The notes beneath the pieces are model-generated. The model did not search any database. It had not been told where the DNA came from and saw only the letters and a list, made by a program, of their open reading frames with translations. A stretch of 64,000 nt of DNA from Desulfatiglandales bacterium (lineage in GTDB: Bacteria; Desulfobacterota; DSM-4660; Desulfatiglandales; HGW-15): contig CAXXJJ010000004.1 of NCBI GenBank assembly GCA_963667015.2, positions 704,001 to 768,000 on the forward strand, written 5' to 3'. This document shows, one piece after another, positions 30,192 through 40,367 of this stretch (position 1 is its first letter; each line of letters starts with the position of its first letter). The translations under genes were made by a program, and so were the position numbers.

Positions 30192-31649
30192 TTAGAAGCA
30201 CAGGTTTCCGGGATTCATTATGTTATTGGGATCAAAGGTCTTCTTCAGTCTCTTCAGTGCAGCAGCATAGGAAGCGGCCTTTTCGTAAACTATCGGGGCC
30301 AGATCTCCATAGGGTCTTGTAAACACTGCACCCCTGTTTAAAAGATCCTTGCATATATCCTTATACATGGCTGCAATAACTTCGGTTTCTGCCTCATTCT
30401 CCGGATCATAAAAAAAGCTGAATTCCGGCCTGCATGCCCTGTTGTGCTCTATGGGCTGGATATACATGCCTATGTCATCAATGGGATAACCATACTGTGC
30501 GGCAATATCCTCAACTACTGAAATAAAGTCGGAAACCATGTTGGGCCTGGTATGGAAAAAGATATTCTGGCATGCACCCTTTACCCGGTTCTTCCAGTAG
30601 GGCCTATCTTTGGGCCAGGGGTTTCTCAGAATATTCAGCATCTTTTTTCTCACCCCCGGAAATCCAGGAAGGTTTTCTTCGAGACGGATATCCGAGAATT
30701 CATTTTTTATTACCTCTGCAAGGAAGTTTTCCTCATAGGCTATCTTTTCTTCAGGACGCCTTATAAGTCCGCTTACAACCAGGACCAGTGTCCAGGGCGG
30801 AAGTTCTGCCCTGAGCCTTTCAAAGTCGTCATCCCACTCTTCAGCAAGTATTGCGGCAAGATCAACATCATTTAAAAGCAGGACCTCCTGCCCTATCCTT
30901 CTCGGCAGAATCCTGTAAAGAAAATCAATGCCATAATCCAGATCATCGAGGGCGGCAAAAAGCACCTTGTCTTTTTTAGGAATGGACTCTATCTTCAGGT
31001 TTGTCCATGTAACCACACCCATTGTCCCCTGGGCGCACTGGAAAAACCTGTAAAAATCAAGACCGGGTCCTGAAGGATTTCCGCCCTTTGCAGCCGAATC
31101 AGGGTAGCCGTTTACGCTTGCCGATCCCATCCTGAATATCTCGCCTGTGGGCCAGACAACCTCCATTGCCTGAAGAGGTTCACCATAGTCGTATACCTGG
31201 TTGGTAGGTTCTTCGCGTTCCATAAAATCGGTAAGAACCGAACGCTCTGCCGGCGGGGTAAGCGGCATTATAACCCTGTATCCTGCCTTTTCCAACTCGC
31301 AGGTCAGTTTTTCCCAGGTTACGCCTGCCTCAAACCTTACTCTCCTGTTGTCCGGATCTATCTCAAATATTCTGTCCATCCTGCTCATATCCAGGATCAC
31401 TCCGCCCTCTTTAGGGATTGTAGCACCATAAAAATGGATCTTTGAGCTGCATGGAACAACAGGGATACTGTGTTCATTACAAATCTTTACAACAGCAGAA
31501 ACCTCTTCGGAATTTGCCGGTTTTACGATGTAGTTAGGCATTCCTGCAGGGGTATAACTGTAATCGGTAGAATATGCCTTCAACTCCTCTGTGTCATCAG
31601 AGTAATTGTCTGCCCCGACAACTCCGGACAGCTTTTCTTTAAGATTCAT
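30192..31649 (-). CDS. FAD-binding oxidoreductase (VAO/PCMH/GlcD superfamily)
   Basis: VKPANSEEVSAVV, GGVILDMSRM, EVVWPTG, AQGTMGVVT, KTFDPNNIMNPG. Confidence 0.88.
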   Translation of the reverse strand: MNLKEKLSGVVGADNYSDDTEELKAYSTDYSYTPAGMPNYIVKPANSEEVSAVVKICNEHSIPVVPCSSKIHFYGATIPKEGGVILDMSRMDRIFEIDPDNRRVRFEAGVTWEKLTCELEKAGYRVIMPLTPPAERSVLTDFMEREEPTNQVYDYGEPLQAMEVVWPTGEIFRMGSASVNGYPDSAAKGGNPSGPGLDFYRFFQCAQGTMGVVTWTNLKIESIPKKDKVLFAALDDLDYGIDFLYRILPRRIGQEVLLLNDVDLAAILAEEWDDDFERLRAELPPWTLVLVVSGLIRRPEEKIAYEENFLAEVIKNEFSDIRLEENLPGFPGVRKKMLNILRNPWPKDRPYWKNRVKGACQNIFFHTRPNMVSDFISVVEDIAAQYGYPIDDIGMYIQPIEHNRACRPEFSFFYDPENEAETEVIAAMYKDICKDLLNRGAVFTRPYGDLAPIVYEKAASYAAALKRLKKTFDPNNIMNPGNLCF

Positions 31650-31786
31650 CAATTATCCTCCTATTATTAAATCAGATACAGATTTTACATTCCTGTATAA
31701 TAAGGATGTAAAATCTGCCTTTTATCGGTTTACAACTTAATAAAATGCCCTGTTAAATTTTCTTTTTTTTAACAGGGCAATATAAT

Positions 31787-34057
31787 TTACGCCTTTTTCA
31801 TTCCCGTCAGCACTTTTTCCGGTGTGATGGGCATATCCATGCACTGATAACCGGTTGCATTATGAACTGCATCAGCAATAGCCGGTGCAGTTGGCCCTAC
31901 AAGACCTTCACCTGCCTCCTTGGCACCATAGGGTCCGTTCTCTTCATATGTCTCAATGCAGATGGAGTCACTTTCAGGCATATCCAGGGAACTGGGCATC
32001 TTGTAATCCAGGAATGTGGTATTCAGGGTTTTTCCCTTTTCCATTACAAACTGTTCCGACAGTACATATCCCAGACCCATATGAATGGAGCCTTCAAGCT
32101 GGCCTTCAACAGAGGCATGGTTTAAGACGGTACCGCAGTCATGGGCTGTCCACATCTTCTTTACTTCGACCTTTCCTGTCTGCTCATCAACCTCGACCTC
32201 GGCAACCTGTGCTCCGAAACTGAATGCAGGGGTAACCATCCCCATACCCCGCGGAGTATATGTACCTCTTGTTACCAGTGGGACACCTCTGTGAAATTTC
32301 TGTGCAAGTGCGACTGCCTCGCCGAATGCAAGTCCTTTATCCGGACGAACCTGTGAGTATATACGTCCGCCTTTACACTCCAGTTCATGAATAACATTCA
32401 GGTTAAAATGAGCGGTTACTGCGCCAAAGAGAATTTCCTTCATTTTTTTGGCTGCATCTATGACCGCGTTACCGGCCATAAGCGTTACACGGCTTCCCCA
32501 TGACCCGAGATCTGCCTGGGGTGTTGTTGCTGTATCAGCCGATGTTATCCTTATATCCTCCATCCTTAAGCCCAGTTCTTCTGCAAGGATCTGTGGAAGA
32601 ACAGTATCGGAACCCTGGCCAATGTCTGCAGCCATGGTAAGGAGATGAACTGTTCCGTCCGGAAAGGCCTTTAAATCAACAGCAGAGAAAGGATACTGAG
32701 TGTTAAACCAGTTAAACACACCGCCGGAGATGAAACTGTAACAGCCAATACCGATACCCCTGCCCTTTTTGGGATTCTTTCTCTTTTCACGATATCCGCT
32801 GACCTCTATTACCTTGTCAAGACATTCGGAGAATGCACAGCTTCCTATTTTGGACAGCTCCGGAATATCATCGCCTGTTTTCACTGCATTCATTCTTCTT
32901 ATTTCTATTGGATCGATCCCCAGGTCTTTTGCTATCAGGTTCATCTGGGTTTCTGTGGCAAAATAGGACTGAGGAGAACCGAATCCCCTTATGGCGCTTG
33001 AAGGGGGATTATTGGTATAGACATGCTGACCTAAGAATCTGTAGCTTTTGTATTTGTACAGCATGAGTCCGAAGGTGCCGCTCAGGAAGGTGGCAGTGGG
33101 CCCCATTGCATTATAGGCGCCTCCATCCAGAAGTATCCTGAGATCTTTAGCCATGAGCGTACCGTCTTTTTTACACCCGACTTTTGAGAACAGTCTTATG
33201 GGGTGACGTCTTCTGCCTGTTGCCAGTTCCTCTTCCCTGGTAAGTGTGAACTTAACAGGTTTACCGGTCTTTTTAGCCATGAAGGCCGCGCAGACATCCC
33301 ACTTTCTCAACTCCATCTTGGCGCCAAAACCTCCGCCTACATGGGGTTTGATAACACGTATATCATTTTCCCTCATTCCCAGGGCACTTGCCAGCAGACA
33401 CTGAACAATATACGGGGTCTGGGTTGAGGTCCAGAGGGTTATCTTGCCGTCAGGGTCGCACTTGGCAAGAGAAGAACAGGGTTCCAGGTAGCAGGCGCTT
33501 ATGGCATGTACATTGAATGTGTCTTCTCTTATGTAATCACACTCTTCAAAGGCCTTGTCCAGGTCCCCGTGAGCTACCTTTCTTACAACACTGATATTGT
33601 TTTTATACAGGTCATGAATCACAGGTGCACCATCTGCAAGTGATGTGTCAAGATCAAATGATGCGGGCAGTTCTTCATATTCCACTTCTATAAGGTCCAG
33701 GGCCTCTTCTGCAATGTCTCTGTCAATAGCGGCTACCGCAGCTACTTCATCGCCTATAAACCTTACCCTCTCTCTGGCAAGGGCGGTTTCATCCTGTGTG
33801 TCTGTAAACAGACGCCAGTTCCCGAAACTCACATCAGGAAGGTCGGTGCCGGTAATTACACACTTCACCCCGGGCAGAGCCTCTGCCTTACTGGTATCAA
33901 TATTCAGGATGCGGGCATGGGCATAGGGACTCCTCAGAAGACGGCCATGCAGCATTCCGGGAAGTCTGATATCGTCCGTGTACTGCGCAGCACCTGTTGC
34001 CTTATCCCTTGTATGATTCCGGGGTACGCTTTGACCGATTATATCGTATTTACTCAT
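31787..34057 (-). CDS. XDH-family molybdopterin-binding subunit, 4-hydroxybenzoyl-CoA reductase alpha-like
   Basis: YLEP, STQTP, VGGGFGAK, AIRGFG, AADIGQGS, GSWGSRVTLMAGNA and GAKEAGEG (catalytic Glu retained). Confidence 0.88.
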   Translation of the reverse strand: MSKYDIIGQSVPRNHTRDKATGAAQYTDDIRLPGMLHGRLLRSPYAHARILNIDTSKAEALPGVKCVITGTDLPDVSFGNWRLFTDTQDETALARERVRFIGDEVAAVAAIDRDIAEEALDLIEVEYEELPASFDLDTSLADGAPVIHDLYKNNISVVRKVAHGDLDKAFEECDYIREDTFNVHAISACYLEPCSSLAKCDPDGKITLWTSTQTPYIVQCLLASALGMRENDIRVIKPHVGGGFGAKMELRKWDVCAAFMAKKTGKPVKFTLTREEELATGRRRHPIRLFSKVGCKKDGTLMAKDLRILLDGGAYNAMGPTATFLSGTFGLMLYKYKSYRFLGQHVYTNNPPSSAIRGFGSPQSYFATETQMNLIAKDLGIDPIEIRRMNAVKTGDDIPELSKIGSCAFSECLDKVIEVSGYREKRKNPKKGRGIGIGCYSFISGGVFNWFNTQYPFSAVDLKAFPDGTVHLLTMAADIGQGSDTVLPQILAEELGLRMEDIRITSADTATTPQADLGSWGSRVTLMAGNAVIDAAKKMKEILFGAVTAHFNLNVIHELECKGGRIYSQVRPDKGLAFGEAVALAQKFHRGVPLVTRGTYTPRGMGMVTPAFSFGAQVAEVEVDEQTGKVEVKKMWTAHDCGTVLNHASVEGQLEGSIHMGLGYVLSEQFVMEKGKTLNTTFLDYKMPSSLDMPESDSICIETYEENGPYGAKEAGEGLVGPTAPAIADAVHNATGYQCMDMPITPEKVLTGMKKA

Positions 34058-34087
34058 TGTATTCCTTTCCCTCTAATGTAGCCCAGC

Positions 34088-34960
34088 TTATTCAGCAGCT
34101 CTTTTTATTGATTCGCTAATTGCCCTGCCGGTAAGGACAGCAACCATCAGCGTCCTGTATTCGGCAGAAGCCCTCATATCAGTAATGGGTTTTGCTTCCT
34201 TTGAAGCCTCAAGCCCTGCTGTCTGGAGGAGTTCTTCTGTCACTTTATTCCCCTTTAACACATTCTGTGCATTAGCAGCCATCATGGGAACAGGTGCAAC
34301 AGCACCGAGAAATATCCGGGCATCCTCGCAGACATCGCCATTCATAGTCAGCATGGCGCCTACACCAACGGCGGATATGTCTACCTTACCCCTGGCCGAT
34401 ATATGCTGATATGAAGTGCCTGATCCCACAGGAGGTACAGGTACATTAACAGAGGTAATAAGTTCACCCTGTTTTAGAACCGTCTGACCCGGCCCCATAA
34501 AAAACTCATCAAGAGGAATTGATTTTGTCCCGTCCGTTCCGGAAATGTTAACCTTTGCACCCATTGCCATCAGCACAGGGGCATTTTCTGCGGATGGTGC
34601 GGCATTACAAAGGTTGCCGGTTATTGATGCCATGTTCCTGATCTGAACATTTGCAGTGGCATGGGCAGCATCAGCAATTGCAGGATATTTATCCTTTATT
34701 AATGGATGGTTTTCAATGGTGGTGAGTGTTACTGTCGAGCCTATGGTAAGCCCCTTTTCCTCATCAAAGCTTATCTCATCAAGCCCCTGTATCTTTTTAA
34801 TATCGATTACAGCTTTGGGACTGATCATCTTTCGTTTGACCTTTAATAAAAGATCCGTTCCCCCTGCCATAAGCATTGCGCCCTTACCTAATTCAGCGGC
34901 AAGTTTACATGCCTTATCGATTGTATCGGGAGCATAGTAATCAAATCTGGAAAGACCCAT
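34088..34960 (-). CDS. XDH-family FAD-binding subunit
   Basis: MAGGTDL, QIRNMASITGNLCNAAPSAE, PITDMRASAEYR; 290 aa with no Cys-cluster insertion. Confidence 0.92.
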   Translation of the reverse strand: MGLSRFDYYAPDTIDKACKLAAELGKGAMLMAGGTDLLLKVKRKMISPKAVIDIKKIQGLDEISFDEEKGLTIGSTVTLTTIENHPLIKDKYPAIADAAHATANVQIRNMASITGNLCNAAPSAENAPVLMAMGAKVNISGTDGTKSIPLDEFFMGPGQTVLKQGELITSVNVPVPPVGSGTSYQHISARGKVDISAVGVGAMLTMNGDVCEDARIFLGAVAPVPMMAANAQNVLKGNKVTEELLQTAGLEASKEAKPITDMRASAEYRTLMVAVLTGRAISESIKRAAE

Positions 34961-34987
34961 TTTTATATCCTCATTTTAAAAGTATCT

Positions 34988-35467
34988 TTATTGTTTCTCT
35001 CTCATAGTATTTGCGGCGCTTTCAATTGCCTCAACTATTTTATAGTATCCTGTACATCTGCAGAGGTTGCCGGATATAGCAGTCCTTATCTCCTCTTCAG
35101 TGGGTGAGGTGTTTTTGCTCAGCAGATTTAGGGCTGACATTTCCATACCTGCAGTACAAAATCCGCACTGGATAGCGCCCTTTTCAATAAATGCCTCCTG
35201 TATAGGGTGCAGTTCCTCGCCCGATATTGCCAGTCCTTCAACAGTTTTTATCTCTTTACCCTCACATGACACTGCCAGCGTAAGACAGGAACTGACTGAA
35301 TTTCCGTCGATCATAACCGTGCAGGCCCCGCAATCGCCGTCACTGCAGCCCAGTTTTGTACCGGTAAGTCCAAGATCGTCTCTCAGGACCTCATTCAGAG
35401 TACGTGATGAGTCGCAGGCAACGGTATAGTTATCACCATTTACGTTTAAAGTGATGAGATGCTTCAT
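34988..35467 (-). CDS. XDH-family 2x[2Fe-2S] subunit
   Basis: GCSDGDCGACTV..SSC, QCGFC, GNLCRCTGY. Confidence 0.94.
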   Translation of the reverse strand: MKHLITLNVNGDNYTVACDSSRTLNEVLRDDLGLTGTKLGCSDGDCGACTVMIDGNSVSSCLTLAVSCEGKEIKTVEGLAISGEELHPIQEAFIEKGAIQCGFCTAGMEMSALNLLSKNTSPTEEEIRTAISGNLCRCTGYYKIVEAIESAANTMREKQ

Positions 35468-35550
35468 ATACCTTTTTCCTCCTGTTTCATATTTTATAAT
35501 CATTAAGCTAAATCTATATTAAATACACTCCAGTCAGAGTGGATCCTATC

Positions 35551-36210
35551 CTATATGGATAACTGAACCGGATGCCCGCTTCTGTCCCTGATAATACCTC
35601 TTGCAAGCACATTCAGTGTAAGATCACGGGTAGTTTCTATGTGGGTTTTTCCGGTGATCTCATTTTTACTCCTTTCAACCTGCATTAAACCAAAAAAGGA
35701 ACTCCATATTACCTCTGCCAGGGTTCTCGGATTACAGTCTATAAATATCCCCTGCTCTACCCCGAATTCCGCTATCTTATGCTGATAGGTAACGGCCTGG
35801 GATCCGGCCTGGTATAATAGATCCCGCAGGTCATCAGAGAGATTCCGGACAACTTCATTCTGATGGAAATACATGGAGGCATTAAATGCAACAGGGTCCT
35901 TTTGATAAAATCTGCTGAAACAATCCCACAACTCTTCCAGTAGAGAACCGGCTATCTCTTTTCTGCGCCTATAGACATCATTTAAGAGCGAACAGAAATA
36001 ATCCATATATTCCTTGATTGCGCTGATAAATATCTCATCTTTATTCTTAAAATAGAGATACAGCGAGGCACGGCTTAACTCTGCGCGTTCCGCTATTTTT
36101 TCCATGGTGATGGCATAGTAGCCCTCTTCATCATAGATCTCCATGGCAGCCCGAATCGCCTGATCCCTGCGCTGTTGTTTTTCACGCTCTCTTCTTTCTG
36201 CAACACCCAT
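35551..36210 (-). CDS. TetR/AcrR family transcriptional regulator
   Basis: MGVAERRERE..TMEKIAERAELSRASLYLYFKNKDEI. Confidence 0.92.
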   Translation of the reverse strand: MGVAERREREKQQRRDQAIRAAMEIYDEEGYYAITMEKIAERAELSRASLYLYFKNKDEIFISAIKEYMDYFCSLLNDVYRRRKEIAGSLLEELWDCFSRFYQKDPVAFNASMYFHQNEVVRNLSDDLRDLLYQAGSQAVTYQHKIAEFGVEQGIFIDCNPRTLAEVIWSSFFGLMQVERSKNEITGKTHIETTRDLTLNVLARGIIRDRSGHPVQLSI

Positions 36211-36490
36211 TTTAAGACCTTTTTATCGCTATTCCGGGATAATTAAAAATAACTTTTTTCCTCGACAGAACCATTCATTAGACAGAGGGTCCACATACTA
36301 GATTGAGAGTACAGAGTTGTCAAGCCGGAAATTAGCGAAACTATCTGAAAAAAGGAATGTTTATAATATATGATAAGTGGATTATAATCAGTAAAAATAT
36401 TGGATTAAAAGATCTGTTTTGAAGATTTTAAAAGAAATATTTGAAAAAACGGAAGACTGCGGACGTTGTGTTATACCCCTTGAAATTCCC

Positions 36491-36790
36491 TTAAATCCTC
36501 ACGCCTGCAAAAGATGTATTTCCCATGGATGTCTTTACCTCGCCTGAGATATTATCTCCATCCACCTTACCCGAACCTGATACTTCGATTTTTTTAAAGA
36601 ATTTCTTCATTGTCAGGGCAAATGAAAATCTGCTTCCCTCAACTTTTCCCCCGTTAAAACCGATCGTTCCCATTACGCCTGATGACATGGTTCCGCTAAG
36701 CTCTTCGCCGTCTATTTTAAGGATTAAGGTGCTCTCCATGCTCCCCATTGGGGTTTCTGCTGTAATTTTGTATGTTCCATCAACACTCAT
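36491..36790 (-). CDS. Small hypothetical beta-rich protein
   Basis: 99-aa ORF (VDGTYKITAETPMG..GKVDGDNISGEV) with GGAG RBS. Confidence 0.7.
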   Translation of the reverse strand: MSVDGTYKITAETPMGSMESTLILKIDGEELSGTMSSGVMGTIGFNGGKVEGSRFSFALTMKKFFKKIEVSGSGKVDGDNISGEVKTSMGNTSFAGVRI

Positions 36791-37100
36791 TTAAAAGTCT
36801 CCGATCTGTTTTATGGGAGAAGATAACAACCCTATAAACAGTTTTCAAGCGAATGTTTAATTCTTAAAATAAATATTCTTTCCCTCGAATACCCGGTTCC
36901 TCTCTTTCAACTCTTTGAGGATATACAAAAAAAAATTAGTTAAAATTTTACAAAAGGTATATAACCTTTTCCAGCATCAAAGTTTCACTATTTTTAAATA
37001 GGTATAATTATCATAATATGATATAATTAAGTTTATTATTAGTTGAATTTATAAATCATGCAACATTTTGACCTGTTTATTATTTTTAATTCAACGGCAT

Positions 37101-39320
37101 ATGAAAAATCTACACGATACTTTATTTAGAATCCGCGGCCTGAGCCTTAAGCTTAAACTGCTTATTCCCTTTTTATTTTTTGCCTTTTCAAGCACGTCAA
37201 TCCTTACGATAATCAGTACCACCTCCCAGCAGAACCTCATTAAAAAAGAAGAGAGGAATCTGATATCACAGCACTACAGATATTTTTTAGATAAGGTTAA
37301 ACAGCGTGAAATGCAGTCTTTATCAATCGCGTCTTCAATTGCAGGCATTCCTGATGTAGCGCTTTTACTGGCGAAACAGGACAGGAGTAAACTGTATGAC
37401 CTTTTAAAATATCCATATAAGGCCCTGACGGAGAACAACGATATCTCCCAGTTCCATTTTCATATTCCACCGGGAATTTCTTTTTTAAGACTGCACAAAC
37501 CGGAACAATATGGTGATGACATTGAGTCCTACAGAAAAACTGTATCTCAGGCGCTTTCCGGGTCAAAATCGTCCGCCTGCATTGAAAGAGGCGCTACAGG
37601 GCTTGGCATAAGAGGCGTTGTGCCGGTGGAGCACGAAGGAAAGACTATCGGGAGTATAGAAATCGGTTTTTCTCTTGGAAAAACCTTTGTTGAGGAATTC
37701 CAGAGGAGCTGGAAAATTAACACTGCTCTTTACGAATTAGACAGCTCCGGAAAATACAGTCTTATCGCGGCCGCCGGAGACTTTTATCTTAAAGATATTA
37801 CAGGCACTTACAACATTCCTGAATCAACTGACAATCCGCTGGTGCTGATTTCACCTGAAAAATACCATGACAGGTCAATTATTATGGGCCCTATAAGGGA
37901 TTGTTCAGGCAAAACAGTCGCATTGATAGTATTAAATTCGGACCGATCCGGAATTATTAAAAGACTGGCGGGTACACAAAACCTCATGATATCCATGGGA
38001 TTTGCAGTAATAATCGTATCATTTCTCTTTATCTACCTTGTGATCGATCTATTCATAAAGCCTATCAAGGAAATAGTTGATGAAGCCGAAGATATTGCCC
38101 TTGGCAAAAGGGAAAGCAGGATCGAAGAAAAACCTGCCGATGAAATCGGATCGCTTGCCAACACCCTCAACACCATGCTTGAAGCCTTGAAAAAAAGGCG
38201 CATAGAGGTTGAAAATTATGCAAAGACCCTTGAAAAACGAGTGGATGAAAGAACAGCCGAACTTCTTGAGTCCGAGGAAAAATACAGGACTGTGGTTGAA
38301 AATGTTCCGGTTGTTGTTTTCAGAATATTAAAGGATGGAACTACCGAGTTTGTAAACTCTTATCTCACTGAAAATATCGGGTATTCTATCGAAGAGGCCG
38401 TGAGAGACAAAAGATTCTGGAGGGATAAAATTGCAAGTGAAGAACCTGAAACCTTCAATACCATTCGTGAAACCTGCTTTATGAAAGGCGAAGACTGCCG
38501 CATTGATCACAAGGTAAGATCAAAGGACGGCAGGCTCCTTTATTTTATAACCCATGCCATTCCAACCAAAAATGAATACGGAGATGTAAAATGGGTTGAC
38601 GGTTTTATGCTTGATATAACAGAACTTAAAAAGCTTCAGGAACGGGCGATTCAGACGGAAGAAATAAGGACATTGGGTGAAATTTCAGCACGGATGGCCC
38701 ATGAAATAAGGAACCCTCTCAGCATTGCAGGCGGGTTTGCAAGAAGGCTGAGAGACAGCATGGATAACGAAGACCCAAATAAAAGACTATCCGTTATAAT
38801 CGTTGAGGAGGTCGCCAAGCTTGAGATATTTGTTACCGGCCTGTTATCAACCATATCCCCCTTTGAACTTAAACTTGAGCCGGTAAACCTCAATGAACTT
38901 ATTTCCGAATCACTCTCAGAGCTTGAGCATTTCAGCAGCAGGAGAAGACTTAAGATAGTTGCCGAACTTAAAAAAAATATACCTGCCCTGCAGGCTGATT
39001 ACAGACTGCTGTGTCAGGCAGTAATTAATATTCTAAAACACTCTATTGTATCAACACCTTCAGATAAAAGTATATCGATCTCAACTGCTGTTGCTGACGA
39101 CGAGATTATCATTGAGATCTCTCATATAATTGAACATATGTCAGATGCAGATATCGAGCAGTTCTTCTTTCCTCATATTGAGCCGAATCTGGAAGAAAGT
39201 GTTCTGGATCTTCCTTTATCCAAGATTATCATCCACAGGCATGGAGGAAAAATTGACCTCATTAGAGAGGAAGATAATTTATTAAGAATAATTATCTCCT
39301 TCCCTAATACACTGGATTAG
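37101..39320 (+). CDS. Membrane sensor with Cache, HAMP, PAS, HisKA and degenerate HATPase domains
   Basis: Two transmembrane helices around a Cache-like domain (QFHFH..SFLRLH), HAMP (DEIGSLA), PAS, H-box MAHEIRNP; G boxes absent. Confidence 0.85.
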   Translation: MKNLHDTLFRIRGLSLKLKLLIPFLFFAFSSTSILTIISTTSQQNLIKKEERNLISQHYRYFLDKVKQREMQSLSIASSIAGIPDVALLLAKQDRSKLYDLLKYPYKALTENNDISQFHFHIPPGISFLRLHKPEQYGDDIESYRKTVSQALSGSKSSACIERGATGLGIRGVVPVEHEGKTIGSIEIGFSLGKTFVEEFQRSWKINTALYELDSSGKYSLIAAAGDFYLKDITGTYNIPESTDNPLVLISPEKYHDRSIIMGPIRDCSGKTVALIVLNSDRSGIIKRLAGTQNLMISMGFAVIIVSFLFIYLVIDLFIKPIKEIVDEAEDIALGKRESRIEEKPADEIGSLANTLNTMLEALKKRRIEVENYAKTLEKRVDERTAELLESEEKYRTVVENVPVVVFRILKDGTTEFVNSYLTENIGYSIEEAVRDKRFWRDKIASEEPETFNTIRETCFMKGEDCRIDHKVRSKDGRLLYFITHAIPTKNEYGDVKWVDGFMLDITELKKLQERAIQTEEIRTLGEISARMAHEIRNPLSIAGGFARRLRDSMDNEDPNKRLSVIIVEEVAKLEIFVTGLLSTISPFELKLEPVNLNELISESLSELEHFSSRRRLKIVAELKKNIPALQADYRLLCQAVINILKHSIVSTPSDKSISISTAVADDEIIIEISHIIEHMSDADIEQFFFPHIEPNLEESVLDLPLSKIIIHRHGGKIDLIREEDNLLRIIISFPNTLD

Positions 39321-39329
39321 AAATAAATT

Positions 39330-40367
39330 TTATTGTTTGCCGAATCCGCAGACCGGATAGCGGCACTCTTTACAGCTTGAACAAAAGCCGCCATGGCCGA
39401 GTGAAGAAATATATTCCTTGGTAACTTCCTCGCCTGCAACTATCATCGGTACGGTCAGCTCAAAGATACTCGCCTTGTGATACATGACACATCCCGGAAG
39501 ACCTACAAGCGCTATATCGCCCAGGTAGCCAAGCATAAACATGGCGCCGGGATATACCGGGGCTCCGTATGTTATTACCTTTGCACCTGTTGCCCTGATA
39601 CTTGAAGGGGTCAGGTCATCAGGGTCAACAGACATACCGCCTGTAAGGGCAATAAGCTCTGCACCCTCGTTTATAAGCTCATTAATAGCCGCAACCGTTT
39701 TTTCAACATCATCATCAACAAAAATCTGCCTGATTACTTCACAATTCAGCTGGGCAAATTTCTTTTTCAGCACCGGTCCGAATTTATCCTTTATACGTCC
39801 GCTGTAAACTTCACTGCCGGTAGTGACAACACCGACCTTGAGATTTCTGAATGGCTTAACATCAATTACAGGATAATACTCCTTACATATGCGCTCAACC
39901 TCGGCTATATTTTTCTCTACAGTGGCAAGCGGTATTATTCTTGTACCGGCCAGACCGGTTTCAGAAAAGACAATCTGGTTTCCATGTATCGTGGCAAAAG
40001 TGATGTCATCCACCGAATTAATCTTAAGCAGCGCTTCTTTATTGATCTTTAATAATCCTGATCCGGTTGATATAAAATTAATCCTTCCTTCGGACGGTTC
40101 GGTCAGCCTGACGCCATTTCCACATGCCGCCCTGGCTATTCTTTCTGCCGCATCATTTTCATGGACAAAACCGTCATCAGGGTCAAAGACATATATGTTT
40201 TGTTTACCCATATCCAGAAGCTGAGAGACATCTTCCTCTCTTATGACATGCCCCTTTTTAAAGGCGGGTCCTTTGAACTCCCCCGGAACAATCTGCGTCA
40301 TATCATGAGCAAGCATCATGCCGACGGCCTCTTGAAGGGGAACACTCTTATATTTTATTTCATTCAT
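39330..40367 (-). CDS. Molybdopterin-binding protein (MoeA/MoCF-biosynthesis domain) with C-terminal Cys cluster
   Basis: VVTTGSEV, TGGMSVDPDD.TP, GLPGC; tail FCSSCKECRYPVCGFGK. Confidence 0.85.
   Translation of the reverse strand: MNEIKYKSVPLQEAVGMMLAHDMTQIVPGEFKGPAFKKGHVIREEDVSQLLDMGKQNIYVFDPDDGFVHENDAAERIARAACGNGVRLTEPSEGRINFISTGSGLLKINKEALLKINSVDDITFATIHGNQIVFSETGLAGTRIIPLATVEKNIAEVERICKEYYPVIDVKPFRNLKVGVVTTGSEVYSGRIKDKFGPVLKKKFAQLNCEVIRQIFVDDDVEKTVAAINELINEGAELIALTGGMSVDPDDLTPSSIRATGAKVITYGAPVYPGAMFMLGYLGDIALVGLPGCVMYHKASIFELTVPMIVAGEEVTKEYISSLGHGGFCSSCKECRYPVCGFGKQ

Noticed and set aside
26835..36210. Selenocysteine or pyrrolysine read-through in the redox genes
   Set aside because: All ORFs appear full length, with Cys at the expected motifs and no in-frame TGA/TAG splitting a domain.
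36952..36970. Palindrome aaaaggt-atata-acctttt upstream of the sensor gene
   Set aside because: It is AT-rich and single-copy with no assignable regulator, so it may be chance.
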